Below are positions 28,748-37,541 of a stretch of DNA of 64,000 nucleotides, one piece after another. The notes below the pieces were generated by a model. The model searched no databases. It saw only the letters and a list, made by a program, of their open reading frames with translations, and had not been told where the DNA came from. How positions within the stretch are numbered: position 1 is the first letter of the stretch; the number at the start of each line of letters is the position of its first letter. The stretch lies in NCBI GenBank assembly GCA_046290465.1, contig JBKAGP010000001.1, forward strand, positions 1 through 64,000. The letters run 5' to 3'. Source of the DNA: Planctomycetota bacterium. GTDB lineage: Bacteria > Planctomycetota > UBA1135 > UBA2386. The translations under genes and the position numbers were made by a program.

Positions 28748-30505
28748 ATGTCCCAACAGACCGTGTCGTCCACCCAGGACGTCGTCATTTGTGGTGGCGG
28801 GTTCGCCGGCTTGCTGCTGGCCCGCCAACTTCGACAGGAGATGCCGGAGCTGAGCGTAGCCGTCATCGACAAGATGGCGCGGCCGCTGCCGGACGCCGCC
28901 CACAAGGTGGGCGAGTCGTCGGTCGAGCTCGGCTGCCAGTACCTCGAAGGGCTCGGGCTGAAGGACTACCTGCTCGAGCAGCACCTGGTGAAGCTCGGGC
29001 TGCGGTTCTTCCCGGGCGGCGGCAAGCTGCCGCTGCACGAGCGGCTCGAGATCGGCCCGTGCTCGGAGCCGGTGGTGCGCTCCTACCAGATGGACCGCGG
29101 CAAGATCGAGAACGACCTGCGCGAGATGAACGTCGCCGACGGCGTGACGATGATCGAGGGCGCCAAGGTCGAGCACGTCGAGCTGGCGCCGAGCGGCAGC
29201 GACGAGCTGCACCGGGTGACGTTCGCCGGGCAGGTCGATGGCGAGCTGCAGGCGCGCTGGGTGGTCGACGCGACCGGCCGCCAGGCGCTGCTGCGCAAGC
29301 GCATGAAGACCACCCGCGGCTCGCCGCACCAGGCGCACGCCAGCTGGTTTCGGGTCAAGGGCAAGGTCGACCTCGAGGACATGGTGCCCGCGAGCGAGAC
29401 CGAATGGCACGAACGGCCGTGCAACACCGAGCGCTGGCGCTCGACCAACCACTTCATGGGCCACGGCTACTGGGCCTGGCTGATCCCGCTGTCGACCGGC
29501 TACACCAGCGTCGGCCTGGTCATCCACGACGACCCGCACGGCACCGGCCCGATCCAGGGGCTCGCGGCGACGATGGACTTCCTGCGCGAGCACGAACCGC
29601 ACCTGGCAGCACTGTGTGAGCAGTACGAGGCCGTCGACTTCTTGTGCCTGAAGGGCTTCAGCCACAACGTCGCGCGCTGCTGGTCGCCCGATCGCTGGGC
29701 GCTGGTCGGCGAGGCCGGCGCGTTCGTCGATCCGCTCTACAGCCCCGGCACCGACTTCATCGCGACGGCCAACCACTTCACGGTCGAGATGATCCGCGCC
29801 GAGCGCGCCGGCGAGGACCTGCAGGCGAAGTCACAGCACCTCAACCTGCTCTACCGTTCGTTGTTCAACGGCTGCGCCGACCTCTACAAGGAGGCGCAGG
29901 CGGTCTACGGGCACCCGTCGGCGATGGCGACCAAGGTGTTCTGGGACAACATGCTCTACTGGTCGTTCACCTGCCACCTCGTGCACCAGGGCATCTACAA
30001 GCTGTCGGCGCAGGACTACCAGCCCTACGGCGAGATCGGCACGCGCTTCCTCGAGCTCGGCAACTTCATGCAGCGCTTCCTCAAGGAGTGGGCGGAACTG
30101 GTGCCCGAGGAGCAGCGGCCGGAGTTCATCGGCGCGCCGCACTTCCCGTCGATCCTGGTCGACGCGCACGTGTCGACCGGCGAGCGCTACACGCTCGAGG
30201 AGACGCTCGAACTGATGCGCACGCGCATCGAGCAGGGCGAGCAGGCGGTCGGCGAACTGGTGCTGCGCACCGTGCAGCAGATCGGGCCCGAACACGCCAA
30301 GGTGCTGCTCGAGAAGAGCGGCTGGTACGACATCGGCGTCACCATCACCGCGCATCGCCTCGAGGGCGAGGCGAAGGTCGGCAGGGCGCGACGCGACCAC
30401 CTGACCAAGATGGCGCGCGACGTCGAGCGCACGCTCGGCCGGCAGCCGCGCCACCCCGAGGCCGACAAGGCGCGCGAGCTGCTCGCGGCGTCGGCGACCG
30501 TCTGA
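28748..30505 (+). CDS. Flavin-dependent halogenase family protein (Hal-1)
   Basis: GGGFAG, HKVGESSVE, HLVKLGLRFF, DATGR, YWAWLIPL (WxWxIP), GEAGAFVDPLYSPG. Confidence 0.85.
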   Translation: MSQQTVSSTQDVVICGGGFAGLLLARQLRQEMPELSVAVIDKMARPLPDAAHKVGESSVELGCQYLEGLGLKDYLLEQHLVKLGLRFFPGGGKLPLHERLEIGPCSEPVVRSYQMDRGKIENDLREMNVADGVTMIEGAKVEHVELAPSGSDELHRVTFAGQVDGELQARWVVDATGRQALLRKRMKTTRGSPHQAHASWFRVKGKVDLEDMVPASETEWHERPCNTERWRSTNHFMGHGYWAWLIPLSTGYTSVGLVIHDDPHGTGPIQGLAATMDFLREHEPHLAALCEQYEAVDFLCLKGFSHNVARCWSPDRWALVGEAGAFVDPLYSPGTDFIATANHFTVEMIRAERAGEDLQAKSQHLNLLYRSLFNGCADLYKEAQAVYGHPSAMATKVFWDNMLYWSFTCHLVHQGIYKLSAQDYQPYGEIGTRFLELGNFMQRFLKEWAELVPEEQRPEFIGAPHFPSILVDAHVSTGERYTLEETLELMRTRIEQGEQAVGELVLRTVQQIGPEHAKVLLEKSGWYDIGVTITAHRLEGEAKVGRARRDHLTKMARDVERTLGRQPRHPEADKARELLAASATV

Positions 30506-30508
30506 TCG

Positions 30509-31507
30509 GTGGCCGCGTTCGAGCCTGCTGACGACGCCGACTGGTTGCTCTACGAGCTCGGCGGCAAGCACCGGGCGCAGGTCCTGTCGACACTCGCCGC
30601 GGTGCGCGTTCCGGACCTGCTGCAGCAGCACGGCCCGACCACGCTCGGCGACCTCGCCGAGCGCGCCGGCTGCGACGGCGAGGACCTCGAGAGCCTGCTG
30701 CGCGCTGCGGCCGGCCTGGGCTGCCTGCGCGAGGGACCGCCCGGCACGTTCGCGCTGACTGCGCGCGGTGAGCAGCTGTGCGGTGACCGGCTCGGCGCGT
30801 TCGCGTCGTTCCTCGGGTCGCGCTCGCAGTGGGATCCGTGGTCGCGGCTGCGCGACGGCATGCGCGATGAGGCGCGGCGGCCGCCGTTGCAGCACGCGCT
30901 CGGCGCGTCGCTCTACGAGTTCCTGGCCAACACGCCGGCGGCCGCAGCCGAATACGACGCCGCGATCGACGCGTTCACGCAGCACGAGGCGCGCCACCTG
31001 GAGGGCCGTCTCGACCTTACCGGTGCGCGACTGCTGGTCGACGTCGGTGGCGGCCGCGGCACGCTGTTGCGTTCGCTGCTGGCGCAGGCGCCGGAAGCGC
31101 GCGGCGTCCTCTACGACCTGCCGCACGTCGTCGCCGCGGCGCGCCCGGACCTGCCGCCCCAGATCGACGCCGTCGCCGGCGACTTCCAGCACTCGGTCCC
31201 GCCAGGCGCCGACGTCTACCTGATCAAGCACGTGCTGCACAACTGGCCGGACGAGGTCGCCACGCGCATCCTGCAGAACTGCCGCGAGGCCCGCGCCGAA
31301 GGCGGCCGCATCGTCGTCATCGACGCCGTGCTCGCCCCCGACAACCGCCCCGACCTCGCACGCATGCTGGACCTCGAGATGCGCGTGCTCTGCGGCGGCC
31401 GCGAACGCCGCAAGCCCGAACTCCGCCGCCTGCTCCACCAGGCCGGCCTGCAGATCCAACGAGCCGAGGAACTCACCACCTCCAGCTGGCTCTTCGTCTG
31501 CCACTAA
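30509..31507 (+). CDS. SAM-dependent O-methyltransferase (dimerisation domain plus Methyltransf_2)
   Basis: VDVGGGRG, YDLPHV, AGDF, KHVLHNW, GGRER. Confidence 0.92.
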   Translation: MAAFEPADDADWLLYELGGKHRAQVLSTLAAVRVPDLLQQHGPTTLGDLAERAGCDGEDLESLLRAAAGLGCLREGPPGTFALTARGEQLCGDRLGAFASFLGSRSQWDPWSRLRDGMRDEARRPPLQHALGASLYEFLANTPAAAAEYDAAIDAFTQHEARHLEGRLDLTGARLLVDVGGGRGTLLRSLLAQAPEARGVLYDLPHVVAAARPDLPPQIDAVAGDFQHSVPPGADVYLIKHVLHNWPDEVATRILQNCREARAEGGRIVVIDAVLAPDNRPDLARMLDLEMRVLCGGRERRKPELRRLLHQAGLQIQRAEELTTSSWLFVCH

Positions 31508-31520
31508 CCCCACCCAAACG

Positions 31521-31738
31521 CCGCATACCGAACCGGGTTCATCCTGCGCCACTTGGCGCCTGCACGGCTGGGAGCAGGGATCCCGCGCAATCGTTCGGTC
31601 GACGGCGCGGCGCTGTCCGGCTGGGCCGCTCGGCTGGGCCGCTCGGCTGGGCCGCCTGGCTGGGCTGCCCGGTGCCCTCGGTTCGGCCGCCGGCGAACGT
31701 CACGAAGTGGCGCAGCGTGAACCGGGTTCGGTATGCGG
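31521..31738. mobile_element. 218-bp MITE/REPIN-like element with 34-bp inverted ends
   Basis: 31521-31554 and 31705-31738 are inverted repeats (31/34); internal 13-nt ggctgggccgctc repeats; no ORF. Confidence 0.65.
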
Positions 31739-31741
31739 GGG

Positions 31742-32188
31742 TTATTCGGGGGGCTTTTCGCCGTGCACGAGGGTCATGGTGCAGGTGGCGACGGGGGTGC
31801 CGGTGGCGGTCGTGATGGTGCCGTCGTAGTGGGAGATGGCGTCGGTGCCGCGGACCTGGTCGGCGGTGACGTGGTAGGTTTCGCCTAGGTGCAGGTGGGG
31901 CTCGGTGATCTGCATCTGGCGGCAGGCGATGACCATGCCGACGCGCACGTTGCCGCCGCCGACGTAGGCCTCCATGCCGAGGCATGCGGCGACGCACTGC
32001 GCCATGTATTCGAGCGACATGACCGTGTCGATCCTGCCGTCGCGCAGCAACGGATTGTCGGCGCGGATGGTCAGCTCGCCGCGGGCGTGCTCCTGCTGCC
32101 ACGAGGTCAGGCGCTCGAGCGCGAGCACCGGCTTCTGGTGGGGGACGAGTTCGGTGACGGCGGGTAGGGGCTGCATGGTCGCCAGCAA
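31742..32188 (-). CDS. Hot-dog fold dehydratase partner (ApeP-like)
   Basis: ELVPHQKPVLAL, LEYMAQCVAA, VGMVIACR; alternative ATG at 32176. Confidence 0.85.
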   Translation of the reverse strand: MLATMQPLPAVTELVPHQKPVLALERLTSWQQEHARGELTIRADNPLLRDGRIDTVMSLEYMAQCVAACLGMEAYVGGGNVRVGMVIACRQMQITEPHLHLGETYHVTADQVRGTDAISHYDGTITTATGTPVATCTMTLVHGEKPPE

Positions 32189-32191
32189 CGT

Positions 32192-32968
32192 TCAGGCCTC
32201 GAGCCTGGCGAGGTAGCCGCGGCCCTTGCCGCGATCGAGCCGCAGCGCGCCGGTCGCGCCGCGCTGGATCGCGTCGATCAGGTCGACGATGCCGACCTGC
32301 GGATTGTGCGAGAACCCCTCGGCGACGTCCGAGGCGTCGACGTCGGCGCTGCCGTCGGTCGCGACCGTCAGGTGCGCGTGCGCGCCAGCCGCACCCGCGC
32401 GCGTCAGCACGACCGCGCCCGCGAGCATGTCCCAGTGCGGGGCGTGTTCGAGCAAGCTGCGCGGCGACGCCTCGTCGGCGCAGACGCAGCAGACCGCGTC
32501 GTGGCCGGTCGCGAGCAGGCCGATGCCCTCGAGCAGCGCCGCCGCCGGCGTGTCGTAGTCGGCGGCGATCGAGGTCGTGTAGCCCTTGTTCTTCATCGAG
32601 ATCGACAGCAGGCCGCTCGCCGCGTTGTGCACGCTGACGGTGAACACCGCCGGGGACATCGGCTCCTGCTCGCGCCACATCTGGTCGAGCAGGCCGATCA
32701 TCGCCGAGGCCTCGCCGATCGACGAACCGACGATCACCGGCGTCGTCTGCGGATCGACCTCGGCCTGCGCCAGCGCCTCGGCGACGGCGTCGCCGATCGC
32801 GCGGCCCATCTGGCTGGCGCGGCGCCGGTTGACCCGGTTGTAGGCCTGGCCGGTCGGCTTGGTCGGCTCGTCGTCGGGCAGCGGCGTGCGCTCGGCCCAG
32901 GCCGCGGCGTTGGGGAAGCGCGGCATCCACAGGCCGACGCCGGTGACGGCGACTCGGAGGGCGCTCAC
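32192..32968 (-). CDS. Ketosynthase chain-length factor (ApeC-like)
   Basis: RRRAS, SSIGE, MSPAVFTVSVHNAASG, AALLEG, ADE. Confidence 0.88.
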   Translation of the reverse strand: MSALRVAVTGVGLWMPRFPNAAAWAERTPLPDDEPTKPTGQAYNRVNRRRASQMGRAIGDAVAEALAQAEVDPQTTPVIVGSSIGEASAMIGLLDQMWREQEPMSPAVFTVSVHNAASGLLSISMKNKGYTTSIAADYDTPAAALLEGIGLLATGHDAVCCVCADEASPRSLLEHAPHWDMLAGAVVLTRAGAAGAHAHLTVATDGSADVDASDVAEGFSHNPQVGIVDLIDAIQRGATGALRLDRGKGRGYLARLEA

Positions 32969-34170
32969 GGCCTGGCCACCAGCAGCGAGACGTTGTTGCC
33001 GCCGAACGCGAACGAGTTGCTCAGCACGCGCTGATACGTGCCGGTCGTCTTCTGCGTCGGGATGTTCACTTCGATCTGGGGGTCGATGTCGCCGTCGCCG
33101 ATCGCGGGCGGGATCCAGCCCTCCTCGATCGCGCACGCCGAGAACGCCAACTCGAGCGCGGCGGCCGCGCCCAGCGTGTGGCCGGTGTAGGCCTTGGTCG
33201 AGACGGTCGGCACGTCCTTGCCGAGCACGCACTGGATCGCGTTGGCCTCGGCGGTGTCGTTGAGCCGCGTGCCGGTGCCGTGCGCGTTGACGTGGTCGAC
33301 GTCCTCGGGCCTGCGGCCGGCGCGCTGCAGCGCCTCCCGCATCGCGGCCTGCGCGCCGAGCCCCTCGGGGTGCGGCGCCGAGATGTGGTAGGCGTCCGAA
33401 GTCTCGCCGATGCCCTCGATCAGCACGCGCGCGTCGCCTTCGCGTTCGACCAGCGCGAACGCGCCGCCCTCGCCGATGCTGATGCCGTTGCGGTTCTCGC
33501 GGAACGGCCGGCACGGGGCGCTGTCGAGCGCCTGCAGCGAGTGGAACCCGGTCAGCGTCATCGTGCACAGCGTGTCGAGGCCGCCGACGATCGCCGCGTC
33601 GATCGCGCCGGCGGCGATCAGCCGCTGCGCGGTGGCGAACGTCTTGCCCGACGACGTGCAGGCGGTCGACGCCATCCACGACGGCCCCTCGACGCCGGCC
33701 AGCTTGCGCACCACGGACAGCACCGCGCCGAACGTGTGCTGGCGCTGGAAGTCGTAGTCGCGCGGAAAGCTGCCGCCGGCCACGAACTGCTTGTAGGCGA
33801 CCTCGGTGGTCTCGGCGCCGGCCGTCGACGTGCCGAGCAGCACGGCGATGCGCTCGGGACGCCACTTCTCGCGGGCGCGGCGCAGCGGCTCGTCGAGTTC
33901 CTGCAGCAGCGCGTAGGCCATGCGCGCCAGCCGCGTCGACCACGGCTGCAGCTCCGCCGGCAGCTCCGGCAGCTCGTCGCGGACGGCGCCCGCGGCGGTC
34001 TCGAAGTCGAGTCGGATCGGGTGGTCGCCGAGGCCGGAACGTCCGGCCGCGAGCGCCTCGAGGTGCTGCTGGCGGCCCGTTCCGAGCGCGCTGAGCATGC
34101 TGTAGCCGGTCACCAACAGCGGAGCGATCGGCTCCAGCGGTCGGGCTTGCGGCGAAGGGGCGTCGGTCAC
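32965..34170 (-). CDS. Beta-ketoacyl-ACP synthase (KS-A, ApeO-like)
   Basis: LGTSTAG, STACTSS, DTLCTMTLTGF, NAHGTGT, GHTLGAA, SNSFAFGG. Confidence 0.94.
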   Translation of the reverse strand: MTDAPSPQARPLEPIAPLLVTGYSMLSALGTGRQQHLEALAAGRSGLGDHPIRLDFETAAGAVRDELPELPAELQPWSTRLARMAYALLQELDEPLRRAREKWRPERIAVLLGTSTAGAETTEVAYKQFVAGGSFPRDYDFQRQHTFGAVLSVVRKLAGVEGPSWMASTACTSSGKTFATAQRLIAAGAIDAAIVGGLDTLCTMTLTGFHSLQALDSAPCRPFRENRNGISIGEGGAFALVEREGDARVLIEGIGETSDAYHISAPHPEGLGAQAAMREALQRAGRRPEDVDHVNAHGTGTRLNDTAEANAIQCVLGKDVPTVSTKAYTGHTLGAAAALELAFSACAIEEGWIPPAIGDGDIDPQIEVNIPTQKTTGTYQRVLSNSFAFGGNNVSLLVARP

Positions 34171-34184
34171 GATGGGGGCAGCTC

Positions 34185-35429
34185 TCAGTTCTTGGTCGGC
34201 GCGGTGCGGCGCCGGCGGGCGGACAGCAGCATGTCCTGGAAGGCGTTGTCGTGCCGCCAGACATCGCCGGCGAGCACGGACATGACCCCGCGACGCAGGT
34301 CGTCGCCGAGGTCGCCGCCGAGGAAGTAGCTCTCGGCGAAGCGGGTGTTGTAGAAGCGTTCGACCAGGCCCGCGAACGTCGCGTAGGCGCGCTGCATCGA
34401 TCGGTGGTAGTCGTCCAGCAGCGTCGGGTCGGCCTCGCGGCCGTCGCGCAGCGCCGGCGCGACCAGGTCGACCAGGTCGGCGGCGCCGCGCAGCGCGAGC
34501 GTCACGCCGGAGCTGAACACCGGGTCGAGGAAGCAGGCGGCGTCGCCGGCGGCGGCGAAGCGCGCGCCGGACGGGCGCGTGTTGGCGTAGCTGTAGTTGC
34601 CGACCACCTGCGTCTGCAGGCGCGTGGCGCCCTCGGTCAGCGCGGTGCACAGCGGCCCACTGAGCAGGCCGTCGTCGAGGTCGGGCTGCGCGATCTTGCC
34701 CTTGGCGACGATGCCGACGCTGAGGCGCCGCCCCGGCAGCGGGATGATCCAGCCCCAGCCCTCGGGCCGCAGCATGATGCGGATGTCGAAGTCGGGCCCG
34801 AGCAGTTCGACGTTGGCGTCCCGGTAATGCGTGTAGACCGCGCAGTGGCCGAAGCGCGTGTAGGGCTCGACCGCGTCGTGGCGGCGCGCGAGCAGGCGCG
34901 ACTGGCCCGACGAGTCGATCAGGTAGCGGCCCGTGTAGCGCGCGGTGCGGGTCTCGACCCACGCGGCGTGGTCGTCGGCGCCGAGGTCGGTGACGGTCTC
35001 ACCGTGGCGCACGTCGGCGCCGAGTTCGACGGCGCGGTCGCGCAGCTGCATGTCGAAGCGCGCGCGGTCGACGTGCCAGGCGTGCTCGGCGGCGCCCGGC
35101 AGCGCGTGCCGGAACTCGAACGCCTGCTGCCGGTCGGTGTGCTCGCAAACGAACCGCGCACCGCGCTTGTAGACGTAGGTCTCGTCGTTGGGCGTGACAC
35201 CCAGCCGTTCGAGCACCGGCATCAGGCCCGGCAGCAGCGACTCGCCGATCCGCTCACGCGGGAACTGGTCCTTCTCGAGCACGATCACCGAGAAGCCGTG
35301 CTGCGCCAGCAGCGCGGCGGCGGTGGTGCCGCCGGGCCCGGCGCCCGTCACCAGGACGTCGGCGTCGACGCGGTCCAGCCCGTCGCTGGCCGCAGCTGTC
35401 CGGGGCCCGGCTTGGTTCGAGTCGTTCAT
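34185..35429 (-). CDS. FAD-dependent halogenase/oxidoreductase family protein (Hal-2)
   Basis: GAGPGG, FPRERIGESLLP, YKRGARF, GWGWIIPL, GDAACFLDPVFSSG. Confidence 0.85.
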   Translation of the reverse strand: MNDSNQAGPRTAAASDGLDRVDADVLVTGAGPGGTTAAALLAQHGFSVIVLEKDQFPRERIGESLLPGLMPVLERLGVTPNDETYVYKRGARFVCEHTDRQQAFEFRHALPGAAEHAWHVDRARFDMQLRDRAVELGADVRHGETVTDLGADDHAAWVETRTARYTGRYLIDSSGQSRLLARRHDAVEPYTRFGHCAVYTHYRDANVELLGPDFDIRIMLRPEGWGWIIPLPGRRLSVGIVAKGKIAQPDLDDGLLSGPLCTALTEGATRLQTQVVGNYSYANTRPSGARFAAAGDAACFLDPVFSSGVTLALRGAADLVDLVAPALRDGREADPTLLDDYHRSMQRAYATFAGLVERFYNTRFAESYFLGGDLGDDLRRGVMSVLAGDVWRHDNAFQDMLLSARRRRTAPTKN

Positions 35430-35772
35430 CGTGCGGTCCGCTTCGCGCGCTCGCGCCGGGACGATGCGTCGAAATCGGGCCGGGCGAGGTTCATCCAGGA
35501 GACGCTACGCCTCCGATGGCGCCGATCAAGCGCGGCCCGGCGGGGCCTCGCGAGGGGCCGGCCAGGGACCAGCCAGCGAGTCCCGGCGGCGCTGCCGGGG
35601 TTGCGCTGCGGTCCGCGCGGCTCGCCGAACAGGATCCAACCGCCCACGGGCGACGCATCCGACGTCTCGAACCGCGGGCGCGCCGCGCGTAGGCCTTTGC
35701 GTGGCCCTCCCGTGCGACGGCGTCGCGCGGTGGTTGCGCCGCCGGACTCCCGGCGGGCGCGCGAACGGCTGG

Positions 35773-36768
35773 CTACTTGCCGCCGCCCGTCTGTTCGCCG
35801 CCGGCTTCGTCGCCGCCGTCGCCCTTCTCGGCGGCCGCCTTGAGCTGCGGCAGCACCCGGTCGATCTGCTGCGCGATCGGCGTCTTCGGCGCGACCGCCT
35901 TGGCCTGCTCGAGCAGCGCCAGCGCGGCCTTCGCGTCGCCCGACACGTCCATCGTGACCATGCCCTTGAAGTAGAGCGCCATCTGCTTGTGGATCGGGCC
36001 CTTGGTGTTGGCGATCGCGGCGTCGAGCTTCTTCAGCGCGTCCTCGCCCTTGCCGGCCTTCATGTCCTCCGAGATCAGCTCGTTCAGCTCCCGGCCGGCC
36101 TCGTCGATCCGGCGGCGCTGTTCGACTTCCTCGACCTTCTTGGCGTACTTCTCCTTGAGGCCCGCCTTGCCGTCGGCGTCGATCGTGACGATCTCCTTCA
36201 TCAGGTCGAAGTGGTAGGAGGCCGCGACCTGCTCGTCGAGCGCCTTCAGGCAGTCGTCGAGCGCCATCGCGCGGTCGATGCCCTTCTTCTGCTGGGCCGC
36301 CGCGAAGCCGGCCTGGAAGCCCGCACCGGCCTTCTTCTGCTCGGCCAGCTTCTCGACGTAGGGGGCCGGGCCGCCCTGCTCGTAGCCCATCTGGCCGTAG
36401 ACGCGGCCGGCGTGCGACATCAGCAGGATCGTCGGGTAGCCCTGGATGTTGTAGACCTGCTGCAGCTTCTTGTTCTGCTCGATGATCTCCTTGGTCAGGA
36501 TCGACTTGTCCTGCGGGTAGTCGAGCTTGACCAGCACGAAGTGCTTGGGCGCCTCCTGCTGGAACTCCTCCTTGCTGAAGACCTCGTTGTCGAGGCGGAT
36601 GCACCAGCCGCACCAGTCGGAGCCGGTGAAGTCGACCAGCAGGTCCTTGTTCTCCGCCTTGGCCTTGGCCTTGGCGGCTTCGAAGTTCTGCATCCAGAGG
36701 TCCTTTTCCTGGTCCTGCGCGAGGGTCAGGCCGGTGATAAGGGAGAGAGCGATCGCAGTGCGCATCAT
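35773..36768 (-). CDS. Exported thioredoxin-fold protein with a helical C-terminus
   Basis: Signal peptide; LVDFTGSDWCGWC; YNIQGYPT. Confidence 0.9.
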   Translation of the reverse strand: MMRTAIALSLITGLTLAQDQEKDLWMQNFEAAKAKAKAENKDLLVDFTGSDWCGWCIRLDNEVFSKEEFQQEAPKHFVLVKLDYPQDKSILTKEIIEQNKKLQQVYNIQGYPTILLMSHAGRVYGQMGYEQGGPAPYVEKLAEQKKAGAGFQAGFAAAQQKKGIDRAMALDDCLKALDEQVAASYHFDLMKEIVTIDADGKAGLKEKYAKKVEEVEQRRRIDEAGRELNELISEDMKAGKGEDALKKLDAAIANTKGPIHKQMALYFKGMVTMDVSGDAKAALALLEQAKAVAPKTPIAQQIDRVLPQLKAAAEKGDGGDEAGGEQTGGGK

Positions 36769-36910
36769 GATTCGTTCGGGCGGGCAGGCAGCCCGCGGAG
36801 CGCCGCATGCTACGCAGTCGTGCCAGACCGTGCGGGTGGGATCCGCGGAAACGGGCCTTTTCCGGTAGGTCGAACGTGAGCCGCCGACGCCGGTTATCCT
36901 CGCCCGGCGG

Positions 36911-37381
36911 ATGGACGGGCGACGGCAAGGCGCGATCGGTGACGAGCCGGCAGGTTCCGGGCCCGCAGCCTTCCGCGCGGCCCTGCGGCGCGGGATCTGG
37001 CTGGGCTGGTTCGTGGCGGTCGCGACCGTGGCCGCCGTCTTCGCGTTGCTGCACAGCCCCGGCGCGCTGGTGGTGGCGCCGCTGGCGCTGCTGTTTGGAT
37101 TGCCCGCGGCGCTGCTGCAGGAGGTCGCGCTGGTGTTTGCCGGGTGGCTGGCCGCGTCGCGATGGCGCGTGGCGCTGTGCCTGGTCGGGGCGCACGCCGC
37201 CGGCCTGCTGGCCTGGACGGTGCTCTGGGCCAACGCCGGCTACGGCGGCTCCTGGCAAGCGTTCGCCAAGGTGCTGCTGCTCGTTGAGGGGCCGGTCGCC
37301 GTGCTGCAGGTCGCGATCGTCCTGCAGCATCTGCGGCGCGCGCGACGTGCGCCCGCCAACGACCCGACGATCGTGCCATGA
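36911..37381 (+). CDS. Small hypothetical membrane protein
   Basis: About 4 hydrophobic segments; plausible codon usage; start uncertain. Confidence 0.55.
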   Translation: MDGRRQGAIGDEPAGSGPAAFRAALRRGIWLGWFVAVATVAAVFALLHSPGALVVAPLALLFGLPAALLQEVALVFAGWLAASRWRVALCLVGAHAAGLLAWTVLWANAGYGGSWQAFAKVLLLVEGPVAVLQVAIVLQHLRRARRAPANDPTIVP

Positions 37382-37541
37382 CCGGTGGCATGGCAGCAGG
37401 CCAACGGGCGGCTGCTGCACACGGGGACCATCGCGGCCGAAGCGCCGCAGCGCGACGCCGGATCCGACGCCCGATCCGACGTCCGATCGAAAGCCGAAGA
37501 AACACCGTGATGCGCGTCTGCGGATGTCGCTCGGGCCGACC

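Noticed and set aside
17743..35429. Ladderane or housekeeping FASII cluster
   Set aside because: No radical-SAM, FabG, FabD or FabH genes; the accessory set (COG4648, DUF3261, LolA-like, MMPL, LpxL-like) matches aryl-polyene-type clusters
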